IMG/VR virus record: IMGVR_UViG_3300032116_015770
DNA length: 64,000 nucleotides
DNA from: a virus
Direction: 5' to 3' (one strand)
The translations under genes were made by a program, and so were the position numbers. Below, in pieces: positions 6,749 to 15,233 of the stretch. Position 1 is the first letter of the stretch. Each line of letters starts with the position of its first letter. A model generated the notes under the pieces. That model was given only the letters and a program-made list of their open reading frames with translations. It had not been told where the DNA came from and did no database searches.

Positions 6749-9177
6749 GTAATCCTATTTTTGCTTCACAACTAAAAGGCATTTTTGAAAATCAAGTTTT
6801 TAATGCTATGAATGGTGTTGTCTCTAATATTCCAAATGAGACACTTAGAAAAATTGCTTCTAGAGTAGCTGAGACTACCGCTACACAAACCATTAGATTA
6901 GTATCTCAAAACGCCAACAAAAACATAACAGATATACCTAAAGCCTTAGTTGGACAATTTAACCCAGTTAATTTAGTAACAGGTAATCTAGGTAGCGCGG
7001 GTGTATCTAATAATTTAAATAATCTTTTAGGTACACAAGTTACTCAACAAATTAACAATTTAATTATTAATGAGCTATCTAGAGAATTAAGAACTATATT
7101 ACCACCTGGGGTTGGTGGAATAGTTAATACATCAGCTATTGTAGGTCGTATTGCAGAAATACTAGCTCCTACAGTATCTACGGGTATTACCTCCTCGCTT
7201 AAAAACTTTACCGACTCTATTTTTGGTGTAGGAGGCAAAACTCCTGCTACTGTAAATGGATTAACTACAATCTTAAGTTCAATTACTTCACCTTTCTTAG
7301 GTATTTTAGAATCTAACAAAGTCTTTTCTACAAGCATTGCTTTAAAAGGTTTAACTCAATCTAGAAATTTTAATGTAAATTCTACCGATAATAAAAACAA
7401 GTTAGCTGTTACTAAGCAAGGATTTACAGATCCAACTGCTAACTATCCAACTAAAGAGTATGCAAAAGGACCTGAGACTAATAAATTAGCTAGAGGTGAA
7501 ATTCAAGGTACTATTATACAAAAGAAAAATGACGAACGTATGATAGGTGCCCCTTTACCTAATGGTTCGACATGGGAACAACCTATATCTCCTTATAAAG
7601 GTGAATACCCTTATAATAAAGTAACTGAAACAGAAGCCGGGCATATTATCGAGGTAGATGATACCCCTGGTGCAGAAAGAATTCACGTATTTCACAAATC
7701 AGGTACGTTTGTAGAAATAGACAATACTGGCTCTTTGGTGCAGAGAATCAAAGGTTCTTCCTACACTATTGTAGATAGAAATGGAAAGATTTTTATTCAA
7801 GGTACCGCGGATGTATCTGTTAAAGGTGCTATTAACGTTTACGTAGCACAAGATGCAACAGTGGAAGTTAAAGGTAATGCTAGTATTGCAGTTTATCAAG
7901 ACATTAATGCAAGAGCCGGTGGTAATGTAAATATATCTGCACAAGATAATCTTAACTTAATATCTGCTAATGTTTACATCGAAGCACTAGAAAACTTTAA
8001 TATTAAGTCTAATGCTCTTCTAAGCATGCATGTATCTAAAGATTTGCATGTTAGATCTAATGCTAACGCATATGTTCAAGCTACTACTTATTATCAAAAT
8101 ACAACTAACAGTTACAATCAAACCATAGAGAATTCATATGAAAAACATGGTAAGTCCAGGTTTATTCAATCAGCAGAAAATATTCATGTAAAGAGTACAG
8201 GTACATATAATACTCAATCTGGTGGAGTAATGAACTTTAAATCGGGCAGTACATATAACATGCAATCAGCTGCTGCTATGAATCTCAAGGCTGGTGGTAA
8301 TATTAATGAAGATGGTGCGTTGATTTATTTAAATTCCGGTACAGCGGGCACTGCTGGGGATACTACTGACTCTAAAGATAGTAAACCAGCAAGAATTGCT
8401 GATCGTTCTCTTGCTGGTATGTTGAATACAAAAGTACTTGCTGGTAGTGCTGATGATGTGCTTGCTCCTAATGAAACTGAAGTAAAAGATCCTGTGGCTG
8501 CTAATTTAGGAGACTCCTACTCAGTCTTGTTAGATGAAGAAATTCAAACTTCCAAAGAGTATAACGCTCATAAAGATAAAATTGTATTATCAGGTATTAC
8601 TACAAATAGTGATTTTTCAAGAGCACCTGTCGTAGCTAGAAGTGAATCGGTTTCCTCGCAACAAACCAACACTGTATCTGCAAGTAATGATTTAAAGAGT
8701 TACAATGTACTACCAGGCAACTTTAATTTGTCTCCAAACTTTACAGTAGAAATGCTCTCGGATAAAACTAGCTATACTAAGAGTATAATTAAAACAACTA
8801 ATAATATTAAGTATGGTACTGTTATATTTAATTTAAGTAGTCTTGCATTAAATATATTAGAACCAATTTTATTAGTATATCCAGATTTGCAAATTGTTTC
8901 TGCATATAGAACACCTAACTTGGCACCAGCATCTTCATTACATACACAAGGTAAAGCTGTGGACATTCAGTTCCAAGGTTTATCCTATGAAGAATATTTT
9001 GATAGATCTATTCAATTAGCAAGAGTATTAAACTACGATCAATTTATTTTACATTATTGTAGCTATGCTAAATCACCCTGGATTCATATTTCATATCAAG
9101 GTTCGAATAATAGAAGACAAATATCTACATTCTGGAATAACAAAAAACACTCTTCTGGTTTAAAGGAGCTTAGATAA
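6745..9177 (+). CDS. gp5: gp5 C-terminal half: beta-helix spike plus C-terminal peptidase M15 domain
   Basis: YPYNKVTETEAGHIIEVDDTPGAERIHVFHKSGTF, VxG beta-helix repeats ending IYLN; LSPNFT...SAYR...SLHTQGKAVDI...WIHISY. Confidence 0.85.
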   Translation: MSNPIFASQLKGIFENQVFNAMNGVVSNIPNETLRKIASRVAETTATQTIRLVSQNANKNITDIPKALVGQFNPVNLVTGNLGSAGVSNNLNNLLGTQVTQQINNLIINELSRELRTILPPGVGGIVNTSAIVGRIAEILAPTVSTGITSSLKNFTDSIFGVGGKTPATVNGLTTILSSITSPFLGILESNKVFSTSIALKGLTQSRNFNVNSTDNKNKLAVTKQGFTDPTANYPTKEYAKGPETNKLARGEIQGTIIQKKNDERMIGAPLPNGSTWEQPISPYKGEYPYNKVTETEAGHIIEVDDTPGAERIHVFHKSGTFVEIDNTGSLVQRIKGSSYTIVDRNGKIFIQGTADVSVKGAINVYVAQDATVEVKGNASIAVYQDINARAGGNVNISAQDNLNLISANVYIEALENFNIKSNALLSMHVSKDLHVRSNANAYVQATTYYQNTTNSYNQTIENSYEKHGKSRFIQSAENIHVKSTGTYNTQSGGVMNFKSGSTYNMQSAAAMNLKAGGNINEDGALIYLNSGTAGTAGDTTDSKDSKPARIADRSLAGMLNTKVLAGSADDVLAPNETEVKDPVAANLGDSYSVLLDEEIQTSKEYNAHKDKIVLSGITTNSDFSRAPVVARSESVSSQQTNTVSASNDLKSYNVLPGNFNLSPNFTVEMLSDKTSYTKSIIKTTNNIKYGTVIFNLSSLALNILEPILLVYPDLQIVSAYRTPNLAPASSLHTQGKAVDIQFQGLSYEEYFDRSIQLARVLNYDQFILHYCSYAKSPWIHISYQGSNNRRQISTFWNNKKHSSGLKELR

Positions 9178-9404
9178 TGGCACATGAGTTCGTAGTAATG
9201 AGAAATGGGGTACTAGAAACTTATCACAACTATGATGACATACCGGATGATTTTCAACATGTCATTAAATTTATTCCCGAGGCACCTCCACCTCCCCATA
9301 CACACGAACAACATGAAGAGTTAGATTCTTGGTTAGGTAGACTTAACAGGCTTATGGAGATAGAAAAGAAAAATGCCGCTAAGTACTTACGGAACACAGT
9401 TTAG
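9177..9404 (+). CDS. conserved small His/Pro-rich protein of the spike cluster
   Basis: Coupled to the gp5C stop with a GGAG SD; YDDIP..F.HVIKF.P.PPPPHTHEQH motif recalled from aquatic T4-likes. Confidence 0.7.
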   Translation: MAHEFVVMRNGVLETYHNYDDIPDDFQHVIKFIPEAPPPPHTHEQHEELDSWLGRLNRLMEIEKKNAAKYLRNTV

Positions 9405-9975
9405 AACAATACCAGGTGAAACTGAGACTTTTAATTCTATATCACCTACAGGGGGTGTTGTATTTGTGGATGTAAAAGTTGACGGTATTGTAATATCTGG
9501 GCCTATAGTTACATTAACTTCTATTACACCCGGGCCAGGAGCTCCACCTGCATATTATACCTACCTATTTACATTTACAGGTAAGTATTGTACGGATATT
9601 GCAACAAACAATACTTTTATAGGTTATAATTCAGTAAACAAGACGACACATACTTACTCTTCAGCATCTGGAGGTGAATCGTTATATGCTACTTTTGAAA
9701 ACGATGTCGGTACTGTATTTGACAAATTAATTAGCTTTCAACCAGATATGTCAGATGAAAAAACAGCCATTTATACTTTTTTAGTAGATGGTGCACCTAC
9801 AACAAGATCTCAAAAAATACATCTAATTCCTACTAGGTGGTACGAGAGATTACAATTTATTTGTAATCAATTACATAGTGGTAGAAATATGGCCGATGGA
9901 TCTGGTTCTACTATAAATCCAATCGGTTATTACACATCAGACCCAGCTGGCTGGGTCATTCCTTCTAACTGTTAA
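9373..9975 (+). CDS. hypothetical protein
   Basis: 200-aa ORF filling the gap in the operon; GGAG upstream. Confidence 0.65.
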   Translation: MPLSTYGTQFRTIPGETETFNSISPTGGVVFVDVKVDGIVISGPIVTLTSITPGPGAPPAYYTYLFTFTGKYCTDIATNNTFIGYNSVNKTTHTYSSASGGESLYATFENDVGTVFDKLISFQPDMSDEKTAIYTFLVDGAPTTRSQKIHLIPTRWYERLQFICNQLHSGRNMADGSGSTINPIGYYTSDPAGWVIPSNC

Positions 9976-9984
9976 GGAACTAAT

Positions 9985-10278
9985 ATGCCTGCTGCAACTA
10001 GAATTGGTGATTTAGATATAACCCATTGCTCAACTCCTGCTAGAGCACAAGGAGCAACCAGAACCTATGTAAACGGTATTCCGTGGAGTTGCCAGGGGCA
10101 TATTAATACCCCACATCTTATTCCAAATGATGATCCATGTTCTATTCACGTGGCTGGAATATCGTCTGGCTCTTCTTCTGTAAAAGTAGAAAACCTAGGA
10201 GCCGGGCGAGTTGGTGATTCTATTTCAGGGTGTACCTCTGTAGCAACCGGATCTCCTAATGTTTTTGCAGGCGGTTAA
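9985..10278 (+). CDS. PAAR spike tip protein (gp5.4-like)
   Basis: MPAATRIGD...HC, GSSSV, GRVGD, GSPNVFAGG; His/Cys metal ligands. Confidence 0.93.
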   Translation: MPAATRIGDLDITHCSTPARAQGATRTYVNGIPWSCQGHINTPHLIPNDDPCSIHVAGISSGSSSVKVENLGAGRVGDSISGCTSVATGSPNVFAGG

Positions 10279-10291
10279 CGTAAAAATTTAA

Positions 10292-10299
10292 GATAAATA
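10292..10299 (+). promoter_or_regulatory. late promoter (GATAAATA) for gp25
   Basis: GATAAATA TTACT ATG. Confidence 0.7.
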
Positions 10300-10304
10300 T
10301 TACT

Positions 10305-10703
10305 ATGGCCACCTTAAAAACACATAGAAGATACTCAGATATTAATCTGTTATTTTCGAGACATCCTACAACCGGGGATGTTACAAAGAAAACTGATGTC
10401 GAAGCTATCAAGGCTTCGGTGCGTAATATTATTCTGACTAAAAATTATGAAAGACCTTTTCATCCGGAAATAGGTTGCCAAGTACACAGCTTATTATTTG
10501 AAAATGTAACTCCGGTTACTATTCAAGTAATGCAAAGAACTATCGCTCAGGCTTTAGAAAAATTTGAGCCTAGAGTAACATTAGACAACGTTGTAATTGA
10601 TCCTGATATTGATAATAATGGAATTAGAGTAGATGTATATTTTACAATTAATAATACACAGGAACCTGTAGTCATAAGTACAACTCTAACAAGAATAAGA
10701 TAA
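10305..10703 (+). CDS. gp25: baseplate wedge subunit
   Basis: YSDINL.F, AIKASVRNIILT...ERPF.PEIG, FEPRV. Confidence 0.93.
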   Translation: MATLKTHRRYSDINLLFSRHPTTGDVTKKTDVEAIKASVRNIILTKNYERPFHPEIGCQVHSLLFENVTPVTIQVMQRTIAQALEKFEPRVTLDNVVIDPDIDNNGIRVDVYFTINNTQEPVVISTTLTRIR

Positions 10704-12545
10704 ATGGCAAATTTACGAATTGCAGAGCTTGATTTTGATACTATCAAAACCAACCTAAAAACTTTTCTTCAAAGTCAATCTGAATTTTCAGATTACGATT
10801 TTGAAGGTTCGGGTCTATCAATATTGTTAGATGTACTAGCTTACAACACTCATTACAATGCTTATTTGGCAAATATGGTAATGAATGAAATGTTTCTTGA
10901 TTCAGCTGTCAAAAGAGCATCAGCAGTATCTATTGCAAAACATTTAGGTTATACTCCTACGTCTGTAACAGGAGCGGTCGCTAAAGTAGATATTGTAGTA
11001 ACCAACCCGGTTGGATTTCCTGTAACACTTACTCTAGAACGTTATACTCCTTTTACCTGTTTAATAGACGGCTCTCCATTCACATTCTTAAATATTGAAC
11101 CTGTATCTATCTCACCGGTTAATGGTGTTTACTTATTTTCAGATGTTAGTATAAAAGAAGGTAAATTATTAGAATACTCTTATGTCGTACAAACAGGAAA
11201 TCCATCAGAAAAATTTGTAATACCTAACTCCGATGTTGATATTTCTACGTTATATGTTACCGTTCAAAAATCTAATAATGATGCTACGTTAGAATCTTTT
11301 ATTCGAGCTACCGACATTTCAAATTATGACGGGGATTCTAATATCTTTTTTATAGAAGAAAATGCACTGGGCAATTACGAATTGTTTTTTGGTGACGGTA
11401 TTTTAGGTAAAAAGCTAGTAGCAGGTAATATTGTAACAATAAGATATCTGGTTAGCTCGGGTACAAATGGAAATGTATCTAATGTCATCGATCAATCGTT
11501 TACTGCAGCAGCTCCTATAGGTGGTTCCACTACAGTAGCTGTTACTACAGTTCAAAATTCTAATGGTGGTACAGCTAGAGAATCTATCGACTCTATTCGC
11601 TTCAATGCACCTCGAGCTAATTTAGCTAAAGATAGAGCAGTTAATAAATCCGATTATCAAACATTAATAAAAACATACTACCCAGGGATTAAATCTGTAT
11701 CAGTATGGGGTGGTGAGGAAAATGTTCCCCCAGCATATGGTAAAGTTTTTATTACTCTTGCTCCTGAACCTGGGTTTGTTATTGATACAGGTACAAAAGA
11801 AAGTATTAAAAATGATTTGCTCAAAGACAGGCAAATTCTAGTAGTCACTCCTGAGTTTATAGATCCTGAATATACATATCTTAATTTAGAAGTTGTTTTA
11901 AAATATAATAAAAATTTAACAACTTTACCAGTAACATCTATTGAAAGTCTAGCAAGAACCACTGTTAACAACTTCTTTGTAAACAATGTTCAAGCTTTTG
12001 GTAAAAATTTCTATTACTCACAGCTGTTAGAAGAATTGAATAACTGTAATCCTTCTATTGTTAGTTCTAACGCTGAAATAGCCATACAAAAAAGAATTAT
12101 ACCCATATTGAATGTTTCTAATGCATATACTGATGAAAATACTCTAAACTTTAATAATCGACTTCACCCAGGTGAAATTGAATCTACGAGATTTTTTATT
12201 AGTATAGGTGGCGATCTTATTCCAGTTAGATTGAGAGACGCCCCCGACACTATGCCTCCTAGTTATGATGGAACGGGTACCATTGTGATGTATAACCCTA
12301 TTACTATGGTAACTATTGATACTATTGGAACTGTAAATTATGCAACCGGTGAAATGAAGATTAACGGGTTTACCCCAGTAGGTTTTCCAACCGGTGTATT
12401 TGATATTAGGATAAATGCTAAGCTACAAGAAAATTCCACAGATGTTTCGGTATTAAGAAATCAAGTAATAGATCTGGATAATACTGTTGCGTTTGAAGAA
12501 GCAAATAGAGTCTCAGGTTTAACCATTCAGGTTACAGCAGTATAA
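10704..12545 (+). CDS. gp6: baseplate wedge subunit
   Basis: ELDFD.IK.NLK.FL..Q.EF.DYDFEGSGLS.LLD.LAYNTHYNA, FGDG..GK, WGGE...P.YGKVF. Confidence 0.95.
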   Translation: MANLRIAELDFDTIKTNLKTFLQSQSEFSDYDFEGSGLSILLDVLAYNTHYNAYLANMVMNEMFLDSAVKRASAVSIAKHLGYTPTSVTGAVAKVDIVVTNPVGFPVTLTLERYTPFTCLIDGSPFTFLNIEPVSISPVNGVYLFSDVSIKEGKLLEYSYVVQTGNPSEKFVIPNSDVDISTLYVTVQKSNNDATLESFIRATDISNYDGDSNIFFIEENALGNYELFFGDGILGKKLVAGNIVTIRYLVSSGTNGNVSNVIDQSFTAAAPIGGSTTVAVTTVQNSNGGTARESIDSIRFNAPRANLAKDRAVNKSDYQTLIKTYYPGIKSVSVWGGEENVPPAYGKVFITLAPEPGFVIDTGTKESIKNDLLKDRQILVVTPEFIDPEYTYLNLEVVLKYNKNLTTLPVTSIESLARTTVNNFFVNNVQAFGKNFYYSQLLEELNNCNPSIVSSNAEIAIQKRIIPILNVSNAYTDENTLNFNNRLHPGEIESTRFFISIGGDLIPVRLRDAPDTMPPSYDGTGTIVMYNPITMVTIDTIGTVNYATGEMKINGFTPVGFPTGVFDIRINAKLQENSTDVSVLRNQVIDLDNTVAFEEANRVSGLTIQVTAV

Positions 12546-14770
12546 TGTCACGAATAAAAGAAAGATTATCGAAACTGGTAGCAAGTCAGCTACCGGAATT
12601 CATCCAGTCAGACTATCCTACCTTCATAGCTTTTTTAGAAGCGTATTATGAATTTTTAGAGCAAGATCAAAATGCTCAAGAAATTCTACAAAACGCTGTT
12701 AGCTATAGAGATATTGATCGTACTACTACAGAATTCATTGAGTATTTTTTAAGAGAATATTGTGATAATATTCCAAGAGATGTACTTTCTGATAAAACAA
12801 TTCTAACCAAATATATTAAAGACCTTTATAACTTTAAAGGTAGTGAAAAGTCTTTTTATCTTCTATTTCAATTATTATACAAAGAGAAGGTAAATCTATA
12901 CTACCCTAGAGATGATATATTAATTCCATCTAGTGGTACATGGCAGCAGTCTACAATAATACAGCTTGAAACTTTAAACGGTAACCCTGATACAGCTGTT
13001 AATGTACCGGGTGTAATTTTATCTACATCTACAGTAAATCCTATAACTCTTAAGAGTAAAAAAACTGTCACAGCCGTTACTAATGTAGTAACTGGTGCTA
13101 TTAGTACGAGTACTACTATTTTTGATTTTGAAATTGACAGAATAGGAATACCGGTTAATATCGGTGATATTGTTGAAGTAGGAGGATACAGGGGTAAAGT
13201 TCTAGGGGTACCTAGTTCAGTTTCTGTTATTAAGCCAGGTATCGGGTTTAAAATTGGTGATACTTTTGAAGTCAAATCTTTTCCAAGAGGTATTGGAGCT
13301 TATGTAAAAGTTACTTCGGTTGATGAGAATGGTGGTGTTAAGAATGCAGAACTTTTAAGAGTTGGTTCTGGGTATGACATTAATTTTTTTGCCACTATTG
13401 TTTCACAGGTATTAATTACCCCGCCCACATTTCTATTTAACACTGCCACAGGCAATGTCTCGATTGTTGACCAATATGTCGGTCTTTCAGATTTTGGTAG
13501 AATAACTAAACCAACCTATGCTGATGGATCATATGTAGCTGGTGATTATTGTGACGAAGTTGTTAGAGTCTTTAATTACGGCCCAGTTAATCAAGGTGAT
13601 ATCTATTTCGGTGCAGAAGAAAAATACGAAGCGGTTCTAGATATAAAAGTTGGATCGAGAATTAACTACCCGGGTTATTACAAAACAAATAAAGGATTCT
13701 TAAGCGATAGTACAATTAATGTAGCTGATGCTAACTATTATACCCCATACACCTATGTAGTAGTTTCTAATAAACGTTTACAAGACTATAAGAGAGCAAT
13801 TTTAGATATTCTACACCCAGCAGGCACTAACCTGATTGGTGAATTAAGAATGCTAAATGAAATTGATGCTATTCCGACCGTTGGTACTACCTTCGACTTC
13901 TTACGTACTACTGTTCTGGATATTTTCAGCACTTCTGATATTGCTACTAAACAAGTAACAAAAGTTCGTAGTTCTAATACTACTCCAAGTGATAATGTAT
14001 TCTCTAAAGTCTTTGCCAAGGTTCTTACCACTAACCAAACAAGTTTTGCAAACGTAACATTAAGACACTTAACTAGATATCTTGCTAATATATCCAATAT
14101 TACTGTTAATGTTGAAAATATTATTTCTAACGTTAGCAAAGTTTTAAGCACCGTTAATGCATTAGATGATAATTCATCTGCTAATATTAATATAATTAGA
14201 GGTGATGCAGGTGATTTACTTGTTTCAAATGATCTAGCAATATTTAATATATCAACAGTTTATGAAAGTAACACGACTGTAGCATCTGCTAATACGATTG
14301 CCAACATAATCATAAACCCTGTTTCATTATCATCTCAGGTAGACGAGTTTCTTGCTAATGTAAATAAGGTACTAGGTAGTAATTCTAGTATAAATGATGA
14401 TATATTAAAAGATGTAACTATAGTAAAAGGTATAGGTGAGGATGAGGTATTTTCCAACGATTTAGCTACTATAAATTTTACATCTATTCAGTCTGATAAT
14501 CAATTTTTACTATCAGAAAATGCAATTTTTACTATAAATGCAGTATTAAATTCTGTCGATCAAGTTTTAGATAATCTTTCTAGCAACATAAATATTGTCA
14601 AGACTAATAATGTTGCTATACAAGATAACCTGGTAGTTTCAGTTGATAGTCTGGTTTTATCTAGTAACGTTAATAACTCTGATTCTGGTAGTATTTTTCT
14701 TTCCAATTACTCTAACATACCTAACGAATATTTTGCAGAGCAGTATGTTGGTGATTTAACAACGTTTTAA
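12545..14770 (+). CDS. gp7: baseplate wedge initiator (gp7-like) with an Asn/Ser/Val-rich C-terminal extension
   Basis: QLPEFI...YP.F..FLEAYYEFLE, LY..KGSEKS...LF, YY.PYTYV, LHPAG. Confidence 0.75.
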   Translation: MSRIKERLSKLVASQLPEFIQSDYPTFIAFLEAYYEFLEQDQNAQEILQNAVSYRDIDRTTTEFIEYFLREYCDNIPRDVLSDKTILTKYIKDLYNFKGSEKSFYLLFQLLYKEKVNLYYPRDDILIPSSGTWQQSTIIQLETLNGNPDTAVNVPGVILSTSTVNPITLKSKKTVTAVTNVVTGAISTSTTIFDFEIDRIGIPVNIGDIVEVGGYRGKVLGVPSSVSVIKPGIGFKIGDTFEVKSFPRGIGAYVKVTSVDENGGVKNAELLRVGSGYDINFFATIVSQVLITPPTFLFNTATGNVSIVDQYVGLSDFGRITKPTYADGSYVAGDYCDEVVRVFNYGPVNQGDIYFGAEEKYEAVLDIKVGSRINYPGYYKTNKGFLSDSTINVADANYYTPYTYVVVSNKRLQDYKRAILDILHPAGTNLIGELRMLNEIDAIPTVGTTFDFLRTTVLDIFSTSDIATKQVTKVRSSNTTPSDNVFSKVFAKVLTTNQTSFANVTLRHLTRYLANISNITVNVENIISNVSKVLSTVNALDDNSSANINIIRGDAGDLLVSNDLAIFNISTVYESNTTVASANTIANIIINPVSLSSQVDEFLANVNKVLGSNSSINDDILKDVTIVKGIGEDEVFSNDLATINFTSIQSDNQFLLSENAIFTINAVLNSVDQVLDNLSSNINIVKTNNVAIQDNLVVSVDSLVLSSNVNNSDSGSIFLSNYSNIPNEYFAEQYVGDLTTF

Positions 14771-14780
14771 GGAGATTTAA

Positions 14781-15230
14781 ATGAGTGGCTTAAATGAGAC
14801 ACTACAATTGAAAGGTACTCTGTTAATTACCAAAACAGATAAAGATGGTAATGTAACAAAAACCGAAGTACCAAATACTGTTGTTGCAAATGGTAAAACA
14901 TTTATTGCATCACGTATGGCTGCTAATACTACACCGGTTATGTCAACTATGGGTATTGGTACATCTTCAACCCCAGCAACTACATCAGATACGCAGTTAG
15001 GTGCTCAAGTACAATTAAATGCACTTTCACCTGTAGGTGGTTCACCATCAGCAAATACTGTTGTTTATACAGCAACATTTTTACCTAATGAACCAGGTAC
15101 AAGTGCAGCGTTAACTGAAGCCGGTGTTTTTAATTCGGCAAACACAATGCTATGCCGTACAGTATTTCCTGTAATTAACAAGCAAACCACTGACACCATT
15201 ACTATTTCTTGGACAGTATCGTTAATTTAA
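14781..15230 (+). CDS. tail/baseplate structural protein
   Basis: N.VV..GK..IASR, LTEAGVFN, MLCRTVFPVINK...DTITISWTV; AAGGAG SD. Confidence 0.7.
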   Translation: MSGLNETLQLKGTLLITKTDKDGNVTKTEVPNTVVANGKTFIASRMAANTTPVMSTMGIGTSSTPATTSDTQLGAQVQLNALSPVGGSPSANTVVYTATFLPNEPGTSAALTEAGVFNSANTMLCRTVFPVINKQTTDTITISWTVSLI

Positions 15231-15233
15231 AAT

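Noticed and set aside
13900-14770. Degenerate repeats in the gp7 C-terminus (SNDLA twice, ~78 aa apart)
   Set aside because: Ordinary low-complexity fibre-like extension with no exact DNA repeat
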